Shown here: positions 17,864 through 26,158 of the stretch, piece after piece
Numbering within the stretch: position 1 is the stretch's first letter
Layout: each line of letters starts with the position of its first letter
From: Bryobacteraceae bacterium
Lineage (GTDB): Bacteria; Acidobacteriota; Terriglobia; Bryobacterales; Bryobacteraceae
Direction: 5' to 3'
NCBI GenBank assembly: GCA_035652975.1
Contig: DASRCT010000041.1
Coordinates: 24,379 to 88,378, forward strand
DNA: 64,000 nucleotides
Notes under the pieces: generated by a model
Database searches by the model: none
The model's input: only the letters and a program-made list of their open reading frames with translations
Told to the model about the DNA's origin: nothing
Position numbers and translations under genes: made by a program

Positions 17864-18919
17864 CTACGGCAAGCGTCCGTTCATGAGCTTGTAGATGTAG
17901 GCCAGGACTTCAGCCACCGCCCGGTACAAGTGCGCAGGAATCTCCTGACCGACGTCGACCGCTTTGTACAGCGCCTGCGCGAGCGGCTGATTTTCAACGA
18001 TTGGCACGCTGTGCGCAATCGCCTTCTCACGGATGCGCGCGGCCAGATAGTTCTTGCCTTTGGCGACCACCACCGGCGCCCCCGCCGATTCGAGCGAGTA
18101 TCGAATAGCCACGGCGTAATGGGTCGGGTTGACGATGACGGCAGTCGCGGTCGGAACCTCCTTCATCATGTGACGGCGGGCAAGATCGCGCTGGAGCCGA
18201 CGGACTCGTTGCTTGATCTGCGGATTGCCTTCGGTTTCTTTGAATTCGTCGCGAATCTCCTGCTTCGTCATCCGCAGCTCCTTTTGGAACCGGCGCTTTT
18301 GGCGGAACAGGTCGATGCATCCGAGCGCCAGGAACAGAGCCCCCGCGCGCCACAGCAGCGTGTTCAGCGAAGACGCCAGAATCGTGACGCCGCTCTGCGG
18401 GGTTCCAAGCGGCATCGCCACATAGGAGCCTATATTCTCGGTCGTGATAGCCCACACCGCCGCCGCGAAGAGCGGGATCAGGATCAGGCATTGCAAGACG
18501 ATCCGAAGATTCTGTCGCGGCAGGTCTTTCAGGCGCGGCAGCGGATTCAGCCGTTTGGGATCTGGCGATAGCTTGCGGAGGGAGACGCCGAGTTTGGTCG
18601 AGAAGAGCTGCGCCGCCACCGCCACGCCCGTGAGCGCTGTGCCGAACAGCAGCAGAGGTCCCAGGCTGTTGAACGCCAGCGACCGCGCCAGTGCCACAAC
18701 GGCGCCTGCGGTCAACGACGAGCGAAACGCCCCGCGCAGAAGCGACCGCATCGCGTCACCCATGCTCCCAAACCATTGCCGGCCGTAAATCGAAAGCACC
18801 CACACGAAAATCAGAAACTGCGCCGCCGAAACGAACTCCCGGCTGATGGCGAACCGGCCCTCGCGGCGCGCCTTGTCGAGCCTTCGTTGCGTCGGTTGTT
18901 CGGTCCTCTGATCGGCCAT
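17864..18919 (-). CDS. flhB: Flagellar export switch protein FlhB
   Basis: TEQPTQRRLDKARREGRFAISREF at the N-terminus and the NPTH autocleavage motif (VIVNPTHYAVAIRY). Confidence 0.95.
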   Translation of the reverse strand: MADQRTEQPTQRRLDKARREGRFAISREFVSAAQFLIFVWVLSIYGRQWFGSMGDAMRSLLRGAFRSSLTAGAVVALARSLAFNSLGPLLLFGTALTGVAVAAQLFSTKLGVSLRKLSPDPKRLNPLPRLKDLPRQNLRIVLQCLILIPLFAAAVWAITTENIGSYVAMPLGTPQSGVTILASSLNTLLWRAGALFLALGCIDLFRQKRRFQKELRMTKQEIRDEFKETEGNPQIKQRVRRLQRDLARRHMMKEVPTATAVIVNPTHYAVAIRYSLESAGAPVVVAKGKNYLAARIREKAIAHSVPIVENQPLAQALYKAVDVGQEIPAHLYRAVAEVLAYIYKLMNGRLP

Positions 18920-18922
18920 GAC

Positions 18923-19705
18923 TCACATGCCGCCGAAGATCCGTGCGATGGCGCCCATCGAGCGCCGTCCAGCCGCTTCGAATACGTGCGGCAGCACCGC
19001 AATTATTGCCGCAAATACCGCCAGCGCCGCGAGCATCTTCGCCGGAAATGCGACGGTCAGCAGTTGCAGTTGCGCCTGCATCCGGCCCAACAGCGCAAGC
19101 GCGATATCCACCATCAGCAGCAGCGCGACAACCGGCAATGCCACGCGCAGGCCGGTGATCAGCATGTCGGCGCTGGCGCGCATTATCAAATCAGCTCCAG
19201 CCAAAGAGAGGATGCGCGATCCGGGATGTTCGTTCACCACGCTGGCCGCGAGAGCGCGTATCACATCGCGGTCGAAACCGAGCGTGAAGAACAGGACTGA
19301 AGCAATCAACTGAGCCAGCAATTGCAACACGCCCGTGTCCGCCTGGCTGTTGGGGTCGATCGTCGAAGCATAGGAGTACCCGGCCTGGAGCCCCAGAATC
19401 TGCGCGCCGACCTGAAACGATTCCGTGAGAAATGAGACCATCACCCCAGTCGCCAGCCCGAACGCGGTTTCCAAAGCGACGGCTGCTGTCATCGCGCCCG
19501 GTGACATTTCATTCATGCCCGCGCCCAAAACGGGCCACGCCGGCGCCAGACAAATGGTGATGGCCAGCGCGAGCACAATGCGCGCCATGTCCGGCGTGTT
19601 CCGAACGCCGGCGAGCGGCAGAAATGCAACCAGTCCGGACACGCGCGCAAGGGTACGGAGGAATCCGAACAGCGTCGAAAAGGAAAGAGTGATCTCAACG
19701 GGCAT
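18923..19705 (-). CDS. fliR: Flagellar export apparatus protein FliR
   Basis: Polytopic protein in the fliP-Q-R position. The ORF is open to 19732. I preferred the ATG at 19705 because it shortens the overlap with fliQ to 11 nt. Confidence 0.85.
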   Translation of the reverse strand: MPVEITLSFSTLFGFLRTLARVSGLVAFLPLAGVRNTPDMARIVLALAITICLAPAWPVLGAGMNEMSPGAMTAAVALETAFGLATGVMVSFLTESFQVGAQILGLQAGYSYASTIDPNSQADTGVLQLLAQLIASVLFFTLGFDRDVIRALAASVVNEHPGSRILSLAGADLIMRASADMLITGLRVALPVVALLLMVDIALALLGRMQAQLQLLTVAFPAKMLAALAVFAAIIAVLPHVFEAAGRRSMGAIARIFGGM

Positions 19706-19964
19706 ACCGCCCCAGGTCGCCGAAAAGCGCAATGGTGTAGGACATCAGCCGGCTCAGCATCCAGGGCATCGCAATCAGCGTGGCGATCAGAAACGCCGCC
19801 AAGCGCGGCGCCGCCCCGACGCTTGGGTCCTGAATGGAGGTGAGAATTTGCGCCAGGCTGATGACGATGCCGATCACGAAGCCGATAGCCAGCAGCGGCA
19901 TGCTGACCCAGAAGGTGGTCACCAGCGCCTGCCGGAACAGATCGATCGCCATTCCCGTGGACAT
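19695..19964 (-). CDS. fliQ: Flagellar export apparatus protein FliQ
   Basis: 89 aa with two TM helices and the conserved block ...LAQILTSIQDPSVGAAPRL.... Confidence 0.95.
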   Translation of the reverse strand: MSTGMAIDLFRQALVTTFWVSMPLLAIGFVIGIVISLAQILTSIQDPSVGAAPRLAAFLIATLIAMPWMLSRLMSYTIALFGDLGRYAR

Positions 19965-19980
19965 GCCGCTTAACGCCTCC

Positions 19981-20697
19981 TCAGTAGAAACTTTTCACCA
20001 GCGACCCGACCACCAGGTTCCACCCATCCACCAGAACAAACAGCAGAATTTTGAACGGAGCGGAAATCATCACTGGCGGCAGTTGCACCATCCCGACTGA
20101 GAGCGTCACCGAAGCAACCACCAGATCGATAATCAAGAACGGCAAAAACAGCACCGCCCCGATTTGAAATGCGGTCTTCAGCTCCGAAAGCACATATGCG
20201 GGCGCCAGCACTGCCAGACCCAGATCGGCGGGCTTGGCGGGCGGCGGCGAGTGCGAGATCTCGAGGAACAGCCGGATGTCCTTCTCGCGAGCGAAACGAA
20301 GCATGAATGCCTTCCACGGGCGCGTTCCGGCATCCCAGGCCTGCTCCGACGTCAGTTGGCCTTTTTCGAGCGGCTGCCATGCGTGCGTATATACATCGGA
20401 CAAAACCGGCTGCATGATTACGATGCTGAGGAACAGCGCCAGCCCAACCAGCACCTGGTTGGAAGGGGCAGTTTGCGTGCCAAGCGCCTGGCGCAGAAAA
20501 TGCAGCACCACTACGATCCTGAGAAACGGCGTGACGGACATGATCACCGCTGGCAACAGCGTGAGCGCCGTCAGCAGCAGAATGATCTGCATCGGCACGC
20601 CCATCGCGCCTTTGCTGAAGGTGATAACAGGGGCGCCGTTCTGCCCCCAGACCGACGGCGCAACCCCGAGCGCGACGGCGATAAGGATCCGGCTCAT
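19981..20697 (-). CDS. fliP: Flagellar export apparatus protein FliP
   Basis: 238 aa. LTLLPAVIMSVTPFLRIVVVLHFLRQALGTQTAPSNQVLVGLALFLS...FLPFLIIDLVVASVTLSVGMVQLPP matches the FliP signature. Confidence 0.95.
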   Translation of the reverse strand: MSRILIAVALGVAPSVWGQNGAPVITFSKGAMGVPMQIILLLTALTLLPAVIMSVTPFLRIVVVLHFLRQALGTQTAPSNQVLVGLALFLSIVIMQPVLSDVYTHAWQPLEKGQLTSEQAWDAGTRPWKAFMLRFAREKDIRLFLEISHSPPPAKPADLGLAVLAPAYVLSELKTAFQIGAVLFLPFLIIDLVVASVTLSVGMVQLPPVMISAPFKILLFVLVDGWNLVVGSLVKSFY

Positions 20698-20990
20698 CCG
20701 AGCTCCCCGCCTGTAACGCGCCGCGACGGAGCCGCCGGTTCGGACCGGATTATGGTTACGCCCGCAGGATGAATCCCCAGCACCAGCCTTTCGTTCGAAA
20801 GCTCAACCAGCACAAGCGTATGTTGGGGCGTGAGCGGCAGCCGTTCGAGGATTCGCATCGTTGGCGTGCTGCCTCCCATTCGGAAAAATCCGACCCGCGC
20901 CGCGCCGTTGGCCCGGCGTAGCCACCATGCCGCTGCCAACACCATGCCCAGAACAACCAGCACAGAAAGAACGGGCCGCACGGCGTCCAT
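20694..20990 (-). CDS. fliO: Flagellar export protein FliO
   Basis: 98 aa with a single TM helix (VLSVLVVLGMVLAAAWWL), then MRILERLPLTPQHTLVLVELSNERLVLGI. It overlaps the fliP start by 4 nt. Confidence 0.7.
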   Translation of the reverse strand: MDAVRPVLSVLVVLGMVLAAAWWLRRANGAARVGFFRMGGSTPTMRILERLPLTPQHTLVLVELSNERLVLGIHPAGVTIIRSEPAAPSRRVTGGELG

Positions 20991-21015
20991 GTATGGATTA
21001 AGTGGCCGGAAGACG

Positions 21016-21264
21016 TCATTCCTCGCTGACGAAATCCGTGATCCTGACCCCCACCGCCTCTTCGATGATTACGATTTCGCCGAAGCCGATCAGGGCGCCG
21101 CCGACGAGAACATCGATATTCTCGCCGGCGGACCGCGACAGCTTGATGACGCTGCCCGGCTGCAGCTCCAGTATGTCCCGAACCGTCATAATGCGACGGT
21201 CCAGTTCGATATCCACATCCATCGGGATATCCGAAAAGCGAGCCAGCTCTTCCAGCACAGGCAT
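21016..21264 (-). CDS. fliN: Flagellar motor switch protein FliN (minimal SpoA domain)
   Basis: 82 aa: IPMDVDIELDRRIMTVRDILELQPGSVIKLSRSAGENIDVLVGGALIGFGEIVIIEEAVGVRI. Confidence 0.8.
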   Translation of the reverse strand: MPVLEELARFSDIPMDVDIELDRRIMTVRDILELQPGSVIKLSRSAGENIDVLVGGALIGFGEIVIIEEAVGVRITDFVSEE

Positions 21265-21268
21265 CGGT

Positions 21269-22525
21269 TTATCGCTTCAAGTTGATTGTTTCCTGGCTCA
21301 GTTCATCCACTGTCGTGACCACGCGCGCGTTGGCCTGGTATCCGCGCTGCAACACGATCAGGTTTGTGAACTCTTTGGCTATGTCCACGGTGGAGGCTTC
21401 CACCGCGCCGCCCAAGATATTGCCGCGTCCGCCCGTGTTCGGGAGGCCTACGGCGGGAAGAGCGCTCCGGGCGCTAAGAGCATAGTTGTTGTTGCCGACG
21501 GCGATCAGCGATTCGGGGTTCCGCACCAGCGCCATGGCTACCTGGCCGACAACCTCCTGCTCGCCATCCGAGTAGCCGGCGAGAATCTTGCCCCCATCGC
21601 CGAGCCCCACGCGGATGAGATTAGCCGGCGGCGCGCCGTCCTGCGCATTAGCCGATACGGCAGACGGTTGTGAAAATTGGGTAATCCGTGGAGTCGCGCC
21701 GTCATACAAATTCCAGGTAATGTTCATGTCCGCGGCGCCGTCTTTGAGTCCAGTAATCGCGATCTGCGGCATCGGATCCGTGGCCGCCGGGCTGCTGAGT
21801 TTACCCGAGGCGTCGAATGTCAGATCGCCCGTCACCGGCGTGAAAGCCGAGTTCAGGTCCGCATCAGGCACGCTGATGGAGTAGTGCCACAGGTTCCCGG
21901 TAGTCGCATCCTTGGTGAAGGTGAAGGTCAGCATATGCGAGTTGCCGAGCGAATCGTAGACTTCCAGCGTTCTGGAGAAGGTCCCGGTCGCAGGGTCGGC
22001 CGGATCGCCCGCCGCATTCAGGTTCATGTCGAGCGACGCGGTGGTAGTCACTTTCGGCGGCTTCAGCGTGCCAACCGGGACGACGATGTCGCCAATCGGG
22101 GCGTTCGTGTCAATCGTGCCTGCGGCGGTTTTGGTGGTCCAGCCCTGAATTTTCTCGCCGGTAGCCGTGGTCAGATTTCCCTGCTGGTCCACCTGAAGAT
22201 TGCCGCCGCGCGTGTACATAGTCTCGTTAGAGGAGCCTTTGACGACAAAAAATCCGTCGCCCTGAATCGCAGCGTCAAGAGGGCCGCTGCTGCTCTGAAT
22301 GGCGCCCTGCGAAAACTGGCGAATCGTGATCGGCCGGCCGACGCCGAAACCAACCTGGGTTTCGCCGAGGCCGGCGCCCAGGGACTGCGTGACCAGGTCG
22401 TGGAACGATACCACGCTGGTTTTGAAGCCTGGCGTGTTCAGATTCGCCAGGTTGTTGCCCACCACGTCGATCGCGGTGGAGTGCGCATCCAGTGCGGATA
22501 ATGCGGTTGAGAATGATGTCAGCAT
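21269..22525 (-). CDS. flgE: Flagellar hook protein FlgE
   Basis: N-terminal rod/hook motif (SALSALDAHSTAIDVVGNNLANLNTPGFK) and C-terminal motif (EFTNLIVLQRGYQANARVVTTVDELSQETINLKR). Confidence 0.9.
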   Translation of the reverse strand: MLTSFSTALSALDAHSTAIDVVGNNLANLNTPGFKTSVVSFHDLVTQSLGAGLGETQVGFGVGRPITIRQFSQGAIQSSSGPLDAAIQGDGFFVVKGSSNETMYTRGGNLQVDQQGNLTTATGEKIQGWTTKTAAGTIDTNAPIGDIVVPVGTLKPPKVTTTASLDMNLNAAGDPADPATGTFSRTLEVYDSLGNSHMLTFTFTKDATTGNLWHYSISVPDADLNSAFTPVTGDLTFDASGKLSSPAATDPMPQIAITGLKDGAADMNITWNLYDGATPRITQFSQPSAVSANAQDGAPPANLIRVGLGDGGKILAGYSDGEQEVVGQVAMALVRNPESLIAVGNNNYALSARSALPAVGLPNTGGRGNILGGAVEASTVDIAKEFTNLIVLQRGYQANARVVTTVDELSQETINLKR

Positions 22526-22534
22526 ACGATTCCT

Positions 22535-22912
22535 CTAAGGCTTGGCTGAAGTTTGGCCAGGATCGGACGGGGTTGGATTGCTTTGCGCCCCGCCATTCTG
22601 ACTGGCGCCGTCCGGCGAGCTTCCTGCGGTCGCCGCCATGCGGTTGATCCCGCTCAGAATGCCGTCCAGGTCGCTTTTCATTTGCAGGTTCTGCTCGAGC
22701 GTGGTGAATTGCGCGAGCTGAGTCAAAAACTGAATGCTGTCGCTCGGATTCAGCGGATCCTGATTCTGAATCTGGGCAATCATCAGCTTCAAAAATGTGT
22801 TCTCATTAGCGAGATCGTCAACGCCGGAAGCCGTCTTTGCCGTGCCGCCAGTCGTGACAGATCCGCTCACATCGGGCGTATTCTGCACGTTGGAAACGCC
22901 GCTTACTGCCAT
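22535..22912 (-). CDS. flgD: Flagellar hook-capping protein FlgD, short form (N-terminal domain only)
   Basis: ENTFLKLMIAQIQNQDPLNPSDSIQFLTQLAQFTTLEQ is the FlgD N-domain signature. The ORF is only 125 aa. Confidence 0.8.
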   Translation of the reverse strand: MAVSGVSNVQNTPDVSGSVTTGGTAKTASGVDDLANENTFLKLMIAQIQNQDPLNPSDSIQFLTQLAQFTTLEQNLQMKSDLDGILSGINRMAATAGSSPDGASQNGGAQSNPTPSDPGQTSAKP

Positions 22913-24402
22913 AAATCCTCCTCGTCGTCCGTAATCGCCCTGCGGGCGGTTTCATTCAAGGCGTCTGCCCACTGGCGTGGGTCGCCATGCCTTCGCTGCT
23001 GCTGCGCATGCTCCTGTCCTCCACCCTGGCCCCCCTGCGAGCCTGGATCCGGGCTGGCGCTGCTGCCCCCGCCTGCATCGGCGCGAATCTCGATGTCGCG
23101 AACTCCGGTTGCCGCCGTCAAGGGCGAAACGTCGCGCGGATTCCAGACTTTTGTTTCGTAGCCGGCGCGATCGAGCTTTGTCACAAGCTGGCCGACATCA
23201 CGCTGGAGCGCGTGCGTGAAATTCGGGTCGGAGCTGCGCACAGAGATGTGGACATCGCCGCCGCGGTCAATCAGTTGTACTTTCACCGAGCCAGCCTCTG
23301 GCGATGCGCTCTGGAACGAGATTTCGCGGACCGCCGCCGGCTTAGGCTGTTCCGGCGCAGCGACGGCGCCTGCGCGCGCAGCGGGTTCAGCGGTGGAAAC
23401 CGCCTCGGCGAAAGCCTCGCCTTGCATTGGGGGCCGCGGGTTCCCGGAGCCCGGCGTCACGACGCCGGGCTTCAAAATTGTTTCAATGCTCTTGGGATCC
23501 CCGGATGGCGCGACGGATTCTTCGCGCCGGGGCCGCATGGGTTCGAGGGCGGCGCGCCGGTCGCGTTCCCCCTCGGTCAGGTTCTTTTGCTGATTTCCGG
23601 TCTGAGCGTCAGACTTAACAAGCGGTGCGCTGGCGCGAGCTCCGGTCGATAGCAGAGCATCCGCTTCAAGCGCCATATCGCGGTCCGCGCCTTTGGCGGC
23701 TGGGACCGGCTGCGTCGGCGCCGCGAGTCCCTGTGCAGCGGGCTTCAATTCCAGGACGAAAGCCACCGGCGGTTCCGGCGTCTTCGCCAGGCGCGAGTCC
23801 GACGGCGTTGGAACGAACACTGGCGTTGCATCAACCAGCGCTTGATCGAGAGGACCGGCGGCATTGCAGGATGAGCCGGACCGCTCAGGGAGGGGCGCAG
23901 GCGCCATGTTGGCAGGCGCGGCGAGCCCTGGTACCGGCGGCATCACTCCGATTGCGACCTGTGCGGCCGGCGCGGTTGCGGCTTGCTCCGAGTCCGCATC
24001 GCTTTTCTCCTGGTCCCGGTTGCAAGGGCGCCGCGCGGATGACTCCGTCGCATTGCTCTGTTTCGGCGCGCCCGGACTGCCAGATGGAACAGCGGCCGGC
24101 GAGCCACCCGGAAGCGGGAAATGTCCGATTAACACGCTGTTTCTAACGGCTCTTTCCCGCAACCTGCCGCCTTGCGACTCGGTCTGTTGAACGCCGCCTT
24201 TGCTGTCGCTTCCGGCCGACGCAGGCGCATCCGCCGCAGCGGTCCTGGAATCCTGCGCTGGCGGCGCCGCCGCCGTTGTCGTTCCGAGCAGCAGGGAAAG
24301 GAGACTGACGAAAGTGGCAATCGGCCCAGGACTCGTGGACGCTGCGGCCGCGGATTGGGGCGCCGGACCGCCTGGCGATGGAGGGATCGTTGCCACTTGC
24401 AT
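22903..24402 (-). CDS. fliK: Flagellar hook-length control protein FliK (Pro/Ala-rich)
   Basis: C-terminal Flg_hook-like domain (GSVKVQLIDRGGDVHISVRSSDPNFTHALQRDVGQLVTKLDRAGYE). The ORF is open to 24600. I preferred the ATG at 24402 (MQVATIPPS) because it leaves about 200 nt for the divergent promoters. The start is uncertain. Confidence 0.7.
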   Translation of the reverse strand: MQVATIPPSPGGPAPQSAAAASTSPGPIATFVSLLSLLLGTTTAAAPPAQDSRTAAADAPASAGSDSKGGVQQTESQGGRLRERAVRNSVLIGHFPLPGGSPAAVPSGSPGAPKQSNATESSARRPCNRDQEKSDADSEQAATAPAAQVAIGVMPPVPGLAAPANMAPAPLPERSGSSCNAAGPLDQALVDATPVFVPTPSDSRLAKTPEPPVAFVLELKPAAQGLAAPTQPVPAAKGADRDMALEADALLSTGARASAPLVKSDAQTGNQQKNLTEGERDRRAALEPMRPRREESVAPSGDPKSIETILKPGVVTPGSGNPRPPMQGEAFAEAVSTAEPAARAGAVAAPEQPKPAAVREISFQSASPEAGSVKVQLIDRGGDVHISVRSSDPNFTHALQRDVGQLVTKLDRAGYETKVWNPRDVSPLTAATGVRDIEIRADAGGGSSASPDPGSQGGQGGGQEHAQQQRRHGDPRQWADALNETARRAITDDEEDLWQ

Positions 24403-24576
24403 GCAACGAGCGAGGCACGCCAGCTTCCATCGCGCCGCCGCGATTTTCATGCACATCCGGAAGGCCGGCGTCGAAATGTTGTCGAATTCGTTCCGTTCTG
24501 ACAGATTTTTGCCAAAACGAAACGTCCCGTATTGAACTTCTCGGCGGAATTTCCGTAAATTTGAGCGACTTTCGGT

Positions 24577-24592
24577 CGGCCCACGAATTGCA
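24577..24592 (+). promoter_or_regulatory. Weak sigma-54-like -24/-12 element upstream of flgF
   Basis: cGGCCCacgaaTTGCA has GG and GC at the canonical 12-nt register (consensus TGGCAC-N5-TTGCA). It lies only 17 nt from the annotated ATG, which argues against function. Confidence 0.15.
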
Positions 24593-24608
24593 CGACGCAA
24601 GATGACCT

Positions 24609-25355
24609 ATGGATCCCTTGATGATTGCGGCTTCCGGCGGAATGCGAAGCCGCATGGAATCGCTGGATATGCTCGCAAATAATATTGCGAATTCGGGAGT
24701 GGCCGGATTCAAGGCCGACCGCGAGTTCTACAACTTGTATGTTTCCGAGCAGGCGGCGAGCGGTCCGGACCCGGCTCTTGCGGGTTCCATGCTGCCCGTT
24801 ATCGAGCGGCCATGGACCGATCTGTCGCAAGGCGCGCTGGTCGCGACCGGCAGCCCGTCGGACCTGGCGATATCAGGTCGCGGATTTTTTGTCGTCGATT
24901 CGCCGTCCGGACCCCTATACACGCGTAACGGCAATTTCCATCTGGGCAAGTCCGGGCAACTCGAAACCGAGCAGGGTTATACGCTGCGCCTGCGGCGGCC
25001 GGATGGAAGTCCCGCGGCGCTTGATCCCTCCCTCCCGTTCGAGGTCGCCAACGACGGAGTCGTTCGCCAGGGCGGGCAGGATGTGGGCAAGATTGAGATC
25101 GCCGATTTCGACGACAGCGCGAATTTGAAAAAGGCGGGCAGTACATATTTCAAAGTGGATGCGTCAGTATTGGCGCGCGCGGCCGCAAACGTCGAAATCA
25201 AACAGGGAAGTCTCGAATCGGCCAACGTTCCCGTAGCGGAATCGGCGGTCCGTCTGGTGAGCGTCATGCGCCAGTTTGAAATGCTTCAGCGCGCCATGTC
25301 GCTGGGCGCGGACATGAACCGCCGCGCCGTCGAAGAAGTGGCGAAAGTCAGTTAG
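24609..25355 (+). CDS. flgF: Flagellar basal-body rod protein FlgF
   Basis: N-terminal rod motif (LDMLANNIANSGVAGFK) and C-terminal motif (GSLESANVPVAESAVRLVSVMRQFEMLQRA). It lies upstream of flgG. Confidence 0.85.
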   Translation: MDPLMIAASGGMRSRMESLDMLANNIANSGVAGFKADREFYNLYVSEQAASGPDPALAGSMLPVIERPWTDLSQGALVATGSPSDLAISGRGFFVVDSPSGPLYTRNGNFHLGKSGQLETEQGYTLRLRRPDGSPAALDPSLPFEVANDGVVRQGGQDVGKIEIADFDDSANLKKAGSTYFKVDASVLARAAANVEIKQGSLESANVPVAESAVRLVSVMRQFEMLQRAMSLGADMNRRAVEEVAKVS

Positions 25356-25366
25356 TGAGGTGAACA

Positions 25367-26158
25367 GTGATCAGAGCTCTTTACAGCGCTGGCAGCGGGA
25401 TGGTTGCGCAGCAGATGAATGTGGACAATATCGCGCACAATCTCGCCAACGCCAACACCGTTGGTTTCAAGATGCGTCGGGCGCAGTTTCAGGACCTGCT
25501 GTATCAAAGTTTTGTCCAGCCCGGAGCGGCCGCCGGATCGCAGACCGTCGTGCCGAGCGGATTGCAGCTAGGCCTGGGCACTCGTCCCGTCGCCAATGAA
25601 ATCATATTTTCGCAAGGCAACTTCCAGCAGACCGACAATCCGCTCGACCTCGTAATTCAGGGCCGCGGGTTCTTCCAGGTGCGCAGACCATCCGGCGAGC
25701 TGGCGTATACCCGCTCCGGCGAATTTCATCTCGACCGTGATGGCAATGTGGTCACCAGCGACGGCGATCCCCTCGAACCGCAAATCACGATTCCGCCCGA
25801 GGCCCAGTCGATTACCGTCGCCGCCGACGGCACGGTCAGCTACACGCAGCCGGGACAAAATGCAGCGCAGATCGCAGGACAGATTCAGCTTGCCAATTTC
25901 GCGAATCCCGCCGGCCTGAACAGCCTGGGCGGCAGTCTCTTCTCGCCCACCGACGCCAGCGGCGAGCCGACCGTCGGAAATCCGGGCGGCCAGGAAGGAC
26001 TCGGAACGCTGATGCAGGGCTATGTGGAGCAGTCCAATGTCAGCGTGGTCGAGGAGTTTATCAATATGATCGTCAGTCAGCGCGCTTATGAAGCGAACTC
26101 CAAGGTGGTTAAGGCGGCCGACGACATGTACAGCCAGGTGAACAACCTGACGCGATAA
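25367..26158 (+). CDS. flgG: Flagellar distal rod protein FlgG
   Basis: MIRALYSAGSGMVAQQMNVDNIAHNLANANTVGFK...GYVEQSNVSVVEEFINMIVSQRAYEANSKVV. The start codon is GTG. Confidence 0.95.
   Translation: MIRALYSAGSGMVAQQMNVDNIAHNLANANTVGFKMRRAQFQDLLYQSFVQPGAAAGSQTVVPSGLQLGLGTRPVANEIIFSQGNFQQTDNPLDLVIQGRGFFQVRRPSGELAYTRSGEFHLDRDGNVVTSDGDPLEPQITIPPEAQSITVAADGTVSYTQPGQNAAQIAGQIQLANFANPAGLNSLGGSLFSPTDASGEPTVGNPGGQEGLGTLMQGYVEQSNVSVVEEFINMIVSQRAYEANSKVVKAADDMYSQVNNLTR

Noticed and set aside
24555-24585. Possible sigma-28 (FliA) promoter TAAA-N15-GTCGGCCC upstream of flgF
   Set aside because: Only the TAAA half matches. The -10 half (consensus GCCGATAA) is essentially unmatched.
24143-24830. Minus-strand ORFs (189 aa and 127 aa) spanning the flagellar divergent region and the flgF 5' end
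   Set aside because: They overlap fliK out of frame and run antisense to flgF. They have no motifs and probably reflect the absence of stops in GC-rich sequence.
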